Assembly (NCBI GenBank): GCA_001780275.1
Contig: MFGB01000022.1
Coordinates: 1,249-65,248 of the forward strand
Length of the DNA: 64,000 nt
Source of the DNA: Candidatus Falkowbacteria bacterium RIFOXYA2_FULL_47_19
GTDB taxonomy: Bacteria; Patescibacteriota; Patescibacteriia; Patescibacteriales; UBA12075
Reading direction: 5' to 3'
In this document: one piece after another, positions 59,598 through 64,000 of the stretch
Layout: every line of letters begins with the position of its first letter
Position numbering within the stretch: the stretch's first letter is position 1
Made by a program: the position numbers and the translations under genes
The notes under the pieces: generated by a model
What the model was told of the DNA's origin: nothing
Databases searched by the model: none
Seen by the model: the letters and a program-made list of their open reading frames with translations, nothing else

Positions 59598-60566
59598 TCA
59601 CAGGATAAGCATATACAAACCAGTTCCGACCAGCGTCGCGCCGATCAATTTCTGGAGCATTACTCCGCCGCCCAATTCCTCTTTAAGATAGCGCGGATAA
59701 CGGGTCGACAAAAAGAAAACGATCACTATCAAAAACATATATTGCGCTCCCTGGAGAGAATTTACCAGGGCTACGTTGCCCAGGGAGATCGCCCAGTTAA
59801 GCATGATGAACGCTAAGGCGGCCAAAACCCTTACCCCCAGAAAGAAGCCCATGTTTTTAGGTGTTTTCGCTCCCCGCTGATGATCAACTATGTTACGGCG
59901 CCAATCCGGAATGAAAAGTATTAAAAGCGCTCCCAAAAAACTTCCCACCCGCGACCAGACGAAACTGCCGATAAACGGCTGGTTAAGATAGATATATTTT
60001 ATAAGAACGTAATAGCCGGCGAAAAAAAGAGCCGAGGTAACCGAGTTCGTGAGCAGACGCCGGGTCGGGCGGTAAGCGGCGTGTATGCCGCCCAGGACAT
60101 CGCCGAAAATATTTTTAAAGCGGTTCATGACCTCGGGGATCAGATATATCCGGGTACGTTTGATTGAAATCAGGATGCCGCCGTTTATCAGTATGAAAAA
60201 AGCCAGAAGCTGCCGCTCACCTAAAGATTCGCCCAAAAAAATATAAGAGAAGATGAAGCTGAATATGGGCACGAGCGCCCCGACGATCGGCACGACCCGC
60301 GTCGCCTCGGATTGGTGCAGGGCTTTATACCAAAAAACCAGTGTCGCCAAAAACAGCATTCCGGCCAAAAGATCGATCATGAGCTCCCTTAGATCCGGCG
60401 TCCAGGGATCGAATGCCAATATAACCAGGTTGAATATGCTCCAAATACCGACATAAAAAGCGTAGGTAATGGAGGAATGGATCTTTTTGGACAATAAAAA
60501 CTTATCGGCGACATAAACGCCGGCATTAATGGAGTAAGCGGCAATAGCTACTAATAACCATGTCAT
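59598..60566 (-). CDS. Polytopic membrane protein (EamA/DMT-like, tentative)
   Basis: About 10 TM in two halves. The family assignment is by general appearance only. Confidence 0.45.
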   Translation of the reverse strand: MTWLLVAIAAYSINAGVYVADKFLLSKKIHSSITYAFYVGIWSIFNLVILAFDPWTPDLRELMIDLLAGMLFLATLVFWYKALHQSEATRVVPIVGALVPIFSFIFSYIFLGESLGERQLLAFFILINGGILISIKRTRIYLIPEVMNRFKNIFGDVLGGIHAAYRPTRRLLTNSVTSALFFAGYYVLIKYIYLNQPFIGSFVWSRVGSFLGALLILFIPDWRRNIVDHQRGAKTPKNMGFFLGVRVLAALAFIMLNWAISLGNVALVNSLQGAQYMFLIVIVFFLSTRYPRYLKEELGGGVMLQKLIGATLVGTGLYMLIL

Positions 60567-60632
60567 AATAACGTATATTGGATATTAAATATCAGCTAGC
60601 TGAAATATTTTGCGCGGAAAATTACATCCGTT

Positions 60633-60660
60633 GCGCAATATCCAATATCTAATATCCAAT
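60633..60660. repeat. 7-nt-phased repeat GCGCAATATCCAATATCTAATATCCAAT (copy 2 of 2)
   Basis: Identical to 5214-5241. It overlaps the last codons and the stop (60649-60651) of the GH1 gene. Confidence 0.95.
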
Positions 60661-62244
60661 ATCGGGCTTTTTTTCTATCTTTACGCTATTAGTTTTACAA
60701 ATCTCCCGATAAACCGCCGCGCTCGGTCTCGCTGTCCGCTTAAAAGTTTTTCTGTCCACCGCGTACAATCCGAATTTAGGATCCCATCCCCAGGACCACT
60801 CGAAATTGTCCAGAAGCGACCAGTGGAAATAACCGCGCACGTCCGCGCCTTCGCCGATCGCCTTATGGATATATCGAAGGTGTTCGCGGATGAAAGCGGT
60901 CCGGTGCTCGTCTTTAGAATCCGCCGTTCCGTTTTCCATGATCAAAATCGGCTTATGGAATTCTTTAAGATACATGAGCTTGTGATAAATTCCCGCGGGA
61001 AAAATTTCCCACCCTTTTTCATTCACCCATCCGTTAAGATTTTTTTTAAATGGCGGGCGCCAGATGATCCTATCATGGAAATAATAATTCATGCCCAAAA
61101 AATCGCATTTCATGGTTTTTTTGACGATACGCCTGTTCCAGTAGTAATCGAGAAAATCGGCCAGCGCCCTTTCTATGGGGTTCCACCTGTGCGCCGGTTC
61201 GAAATAATTAAGCATGTTCGTGGAGCCGACCCGGGCGTTAGGGAAATGTTCGTGGATCATGTCGTAAACCGCGTTATGAGCAAAGGATAAATTATTAATG
61301 ACCCTGTGGAACTTTAAAAGGGAAAATTTTTGCGGCGGGTGCCTCCGGCTTACGTAAGCCCCGAAAGCGAACATCATCGGTTCGTTCAAAATCACCCAAT
61401 AGTCAATTTCGGCTCCCAGTTCTTTTATGACCATATCGACGTAAGAAAAAAATATCGATCTATTCCCTTCCTTTTCCCATCCGCCCTCGCGAGCGAACCA
61501 ATCCGGCGCCGTCCAATGCCAGAGGGTCACGACCGTAGCCAGATTGCGTTTCTTGGCTTCCGCCAAAACGCCGCGATAATGGTTTACGGCCGCCACGTCC
61601 CAACTGCCTCGCTCCGGTTCAAGGCGCGCCCACTCTATTCCGAGGCGGATGGCGTTAGTATTGAGCGATTTCGCCAGTTCGATATCCTCCCGATAACGGT
61701 TATATGAATCGCACGCCTGGCCGCAAATATAATCCTCGGGCCTTTTGCCTTCTTTTTTTAATTTTTCGATTCTCCCTTCCGATTTCTCCCATTCGCTCCA
61801 GTCATTTTTTATGCCGCCTTCGATCTGATAGGCCGACGTGGCCGTGCCCCAAAGAAAGCCTTCGGGAAATGCCAGGGTATCATATTCGATCTTCGGCAAA
61901 GATTTTTTTTCGTCCGCCCCGTTTTTCTTCGGCGTCTCTGTAACGGGAGCGTTTCCCGGCGCAGGCGCGCGCTTTTCCTTCTTCGACAGGTCGGTCACTA
62001 ATTCGGCGCTATCGCGGGGCTCGGCGATCGTTTCCGGGACAGCCTCGTTTTCGATCGTCTTATCACGATCTTCCGATTTCCGCTTTTCGAGTTTCTCGAT
62101 CTTCTCTAATAGCTCTTTTTTGTGTACAAGCCTTTCCGGACTCTCCTTCGGACCACCCGATTCTTTTGCGGTCCGGCCCGGCCGTACGGATTTATCGCCC
62201 GTTCTTAAATCCAGCCGCGGATTTTGCGTTTTTCTCAAAACCAT
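60649..62244 (-). CDS. Glycoside hydrolase family 1 (beta-glucosidase-like) with a basic, probably disordered N-terminal extension of about 125 aa
   Basis: FLWGTATSAYQIEGG, acid/base VILNEP, nucleophile IMENGTA. Confidence 0.85.
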   Translation of the reverse strand: MVLRKTQNPRLDLRTGDKSVRPGRTAKESGGPKESPERLVHKKELLEKIEKLEKRKSEDRDKTIENEAVPETIAEPRDSAELVTDLSKKEKRAPAPGNAPVTETPKKNGADEKKSLPKIEYDTLAFPEGFLWGTATSAYQIEGGIKNDWSEWEKSEGRIEKLKKEGKRPEDYICGQACDSYNRYREDIELAKSLNTNAIRLGIEWARLEPERGSWDVAAVNHYRGVLAEAKKRNLATVVTLWHWTAPDWFAREGGWEKEGNRSIFFSYVDMVIKELGAEIDYWVILNEPMMFAFGAYVSRRHPPQKFSLLKFHRVINNLSFAHNAVYDMIHEHFPNARVGSTNMLNYFEPAHRWNPIERALADFLDYYWNRRIVKKTMKCDFLGMNYYFHDRIIWRPPFKKNLNGWVNEKGWEIFPAGIYHKLMYLKEFHKPILIMENGTADSKDEHRTAFIREHLRYIHKAIGEGADVRGYFHWSLLDNFEWSWGWDPKFGLYAVDRKTFKRTARPSAAVYREICKTNSVKIEKKPDIGY

Positions 62245-62381
62245 ATGGAATATATGAATATCTTAATAAACACGAAATTGCCCATTATTGATTTATTATA
62301 CCATTTTTATGCCGAACAACACAAAAAAGCCATAAGCGCCCAAAGCTTAAAAAAAATCCCGGCATAGCCAGGATATATGGT

Positions 62382-62900
62382 TTAAAAAAATCCGCACAGG
62401 ATCGTAAAGACCGCTAAAGCGAATATTGAGGCCAGAAATTTTAAATTCCTTTCCCGCCCGAGCTCTTTCGTTTTCCTTTCCCTAAGTTCTGCTTCGAATT
62501 TTTCCCGGGAACAGCGGTCGCATCGTCGGTTCAAATCCGCGATCTTCCGGCCGATACAGAAACAATCGGTAACCAAATAAATGAAAATAGCGATATCGAT
62601 CTGGGCGAGCAAAACATAAAAAACCGATCTTTCCGTAAAATAGATCCGGACGAGCAGAGCAGCGAATAAAATTGCGGTTATGGTCAAAATCGTTTTTAGG
62701 CTCGAAAAAAATCTGTTTCTGGCGTGATCGTGCCTGGCCGCGAATTCCGGCGGGGCGGGATCAGGGTTCGAACAGGAGTCATCGCGATGATACTTCTCTT
62801 CATACTCCTTAAGTAAAACCCCGAAAGGAATAAAACGTCTTATGCAAACAACAAGACAGGCCACCGCCAGGATCGTTAACAAAAATATTATTGCGCTCAT
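62382..62900 (-). CDS. Membrane protein (172 aa)
   Basis: ORF track. 4 hydrophobic segments. Confidence 0.5.
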   Translation of the reverse strand: MSAIIFLLTILAVACLVVCIRRFIPFGVLLKEYEEKYHRDDSCSNPDPAPPEFAARHDHARNRFFSSLKTILTITAILFAALLVRIYFTERSVFYVLLAQIDIAIFIYLVTDCFCIGRKIADLNRRCDRCSREKFEAELRERKTKELGRERNLKFLASIFALAVFTILCGFF

Positions 62901-63191
62901 TTTTCCCCTCCGATATATTTAAAAAGGACTTACGTTTAAATAAATCTTATATTAAAAACATCTTTAAGTCAATAATAGACTACGTTTTTAGGTTTAACCT
63001 TGTGCAAAACCTGTGCAAATCAATACTAAGCCTTTAAGAAAATTTTTAAAATTAAATTTTAAACCAATAGTTTTATTAAAAACCGAAAAAAAACATAAGT
63101 TGTAGATAGCTAATATTATTACTAAATATTAGCTAATATTAAATATTTAATAATTAATAATTAATGCCCGGAATCTTATTCCTAAATTCTC

Positions 63192-63220
63192 TTGACATTA
63201 CAAAAAAAATCGTTTAATAT
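63192..63220 (+). promoter_or_regulatory. Sigma70-like promoter upstream of the rRNA operon
   Basis: TTGACA (63192-63197), 17 nt, TAATAT (63215-63220), in AT-rich DNA. Confidence 0.55.
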
Positions 63221-63519
63221 ACTAATACGTAATATTTACCAATAAACAGATGAAGATGTAGGTTTAAAATTTAAAGAATAATCAGCTTACAGCAAAAAAA
63301 ACGGACAGTTGTAAGGTCTGTTTTTTGTTTATCTGTCAGAAACGGTACCGCACGTTAACAATTCATATTTTGGCGCTAGCAGGCGCCAATTTACAACCAA
63401 TACAATTGTGAGATTCAATATCTTCAATATTCCTTTGATTATTCCCGTATATCACGGAAACAATCAAAAACAGGCGAAACCTGTTTAAAAACACCTAGGA
63501 TACAACCTAGTAAAAAAAT

Positions 63520-64000
<481 letters not shown>

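Noticed and set aside
60610-62257. Plus-strand ORFs 60610..61290, 61330..61707, 61704..61943 and 61838..62257.
   Set aside because: They are antisense to the GH1 gene, whose catalytic motifs are intact.

Overview
This 64-kb window is from a small-genome uncultivated bacterium, most likely Candidate Phyla Radiation/Patescibacteria. That placement is inferred from the partial 16S rRNA at 63520-64000 and from gene content. No database search or program could be run, so every functional call comes from motif recognition by eye and is unverified.

Housekeeping content: thiI, ftsH, rpsA, an RsuA/RluB-type pseudouridine synthase, a YhhQ-type queuosine-precursor transporter, tRNA-Arg(TCT), tRNA-His(GTG), tRNA-Ser(CGA) and the 5' end of 16S rRNA.

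Accessory content:
- Two paralogous giant surface proteins, separated by a RayT-like Y1 transposase with REP-like hairpins. One of them runs off the left edge and is absent from the ORF track.
- A phage-like module (metallophosphoesterase, HNH-like protein, lytic transglycosylase) next to an ExbB/ExbD-like trio.
- Three tandem paralogous small proteins.
- An integrase-less cassette array at tRNA-His, bounded by copies of the tRNA 3' end. It carries a 1879-aa protein with about 25 alternating 39/34-aa helical repeats.
- A cohesin/dockerin pair, a LonC-like protease, a GH1 glycosidase and an O-antigen-ligase-like protein.

The most unusual sequence-level signals:
1. A 36-nt GC-rich twin hairpin sits exactly at the T-loop position of tRNA-type sequences. 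It is amplified as three 62-bp tandem units behind tRNA-Ser. It is also present in a 5'-truncated tRNA-like copy that abuts a GIY-YIG gene.
2. A dispersed family of 7-nt-phased mini-repeats and short perfect palindromes occurs both in intergenic DNA and, in frame, inside several ORFs.
3. Duplicated 3' ends of tRNA-His and ftsH mark small integrated cassettes.
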